Both the position numbers and the translations under genes were made by a program. Shown piece by piece: positions 45,669 through 45,754 of a DNA stretch of 45,754 bases. Numbering within the stretch: position 1 is the first letter of the stretch; the number at the start of each line of letters is the position of its first letter. This stretch comes from a virus (taxonomy: Duplodnaviria; Caudoviricetes): IMG/VR virus record IMGVR_UViG_3300015370_000003, positions 1 through 45,754 of that record. The stretch is one strand, 5' to 3'. The notes below the pieces were generated by a model. The model made no database searches, was not told where the DNA came from, and was given only the letters and a program-made list of their open reading frames with translations.

Positions 45669-45754
45669 TTTTATGTTAAATAAGTGGATTAATACAATTC
45701 AATGCGGGGATTCCGAAGAATTATTAAAACAACTGCCTGAAAATTCAATAGACT

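Noticed and set aside
45632-45754. 123-bp terminal repeat as a physical phage DTR
   Set aside because: It cuts through coding sequence and lies far from the terminase region; more simply an assembler circularisation overlap.
1-45754. Alternative genetic code (TGA or TAG recoding)
   Set aside because: Code-11 ORFs are full length and tightly packed; TGA ends genes with ATGA overlaps (32451, 44962) and TAG ends 30969.

Overview
The window is an apparently complete, circularised AT-rich tailed-phage genome of 45,631 bp: bases 1-123 are repeated exactly at 45632-45754. Rightward replication/recombination arm: GIY-YIG-like gene, replisome organizer with iterons, DNA methyltransferase, Rad52/Sak-like SSAP, Gp157-like, DUF736-like, NinB-like, RusA, M23 peptidase, HIT-like. 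Leftward early-type cluster of small genes (12.1-15.1 kb, including an ArdC-N-like gene) punctuated by repeated leaders and hairpins. Rightward podovirus-like virion arm: TerS, TerL, portal, scaffold, a SAM-MTase plus GT2 pair, capsid, fibre-like proteins, holin-like genes, adaptor/nozzle, and three ejection-type proteins. I recognised no integrase, DNA polymerase, tRNA or tape-measure gene. Near-consensus sigma70 promoters with mostly Shine-Dalgarno-less leaders suggest, by inference only, a Patescibacteria/CPR-like host. The standout is the DNA methyltransferase gene (42-2708), which carries two in-frame insertions, each hiding an HNH endonuclease in a different alternate frame with its own embedded sigma70 promoter. 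One is a 270-aa intein with the HNH in the +1 frame; the other is a ~182-codon insertion with no splicing motifs and the HNH in the +2 frame. Other notable items: several putative structured ncRNAs (one heavily pseudoknotted, upstream of terS), hairpin loops antisense to start codons, DnaA boxes beside promoters, repeats at cassette boundaries, and an extreme G-over-C skew starting at the terS/terL junction. All family assignments are by-eye motif recognition, not database searches.
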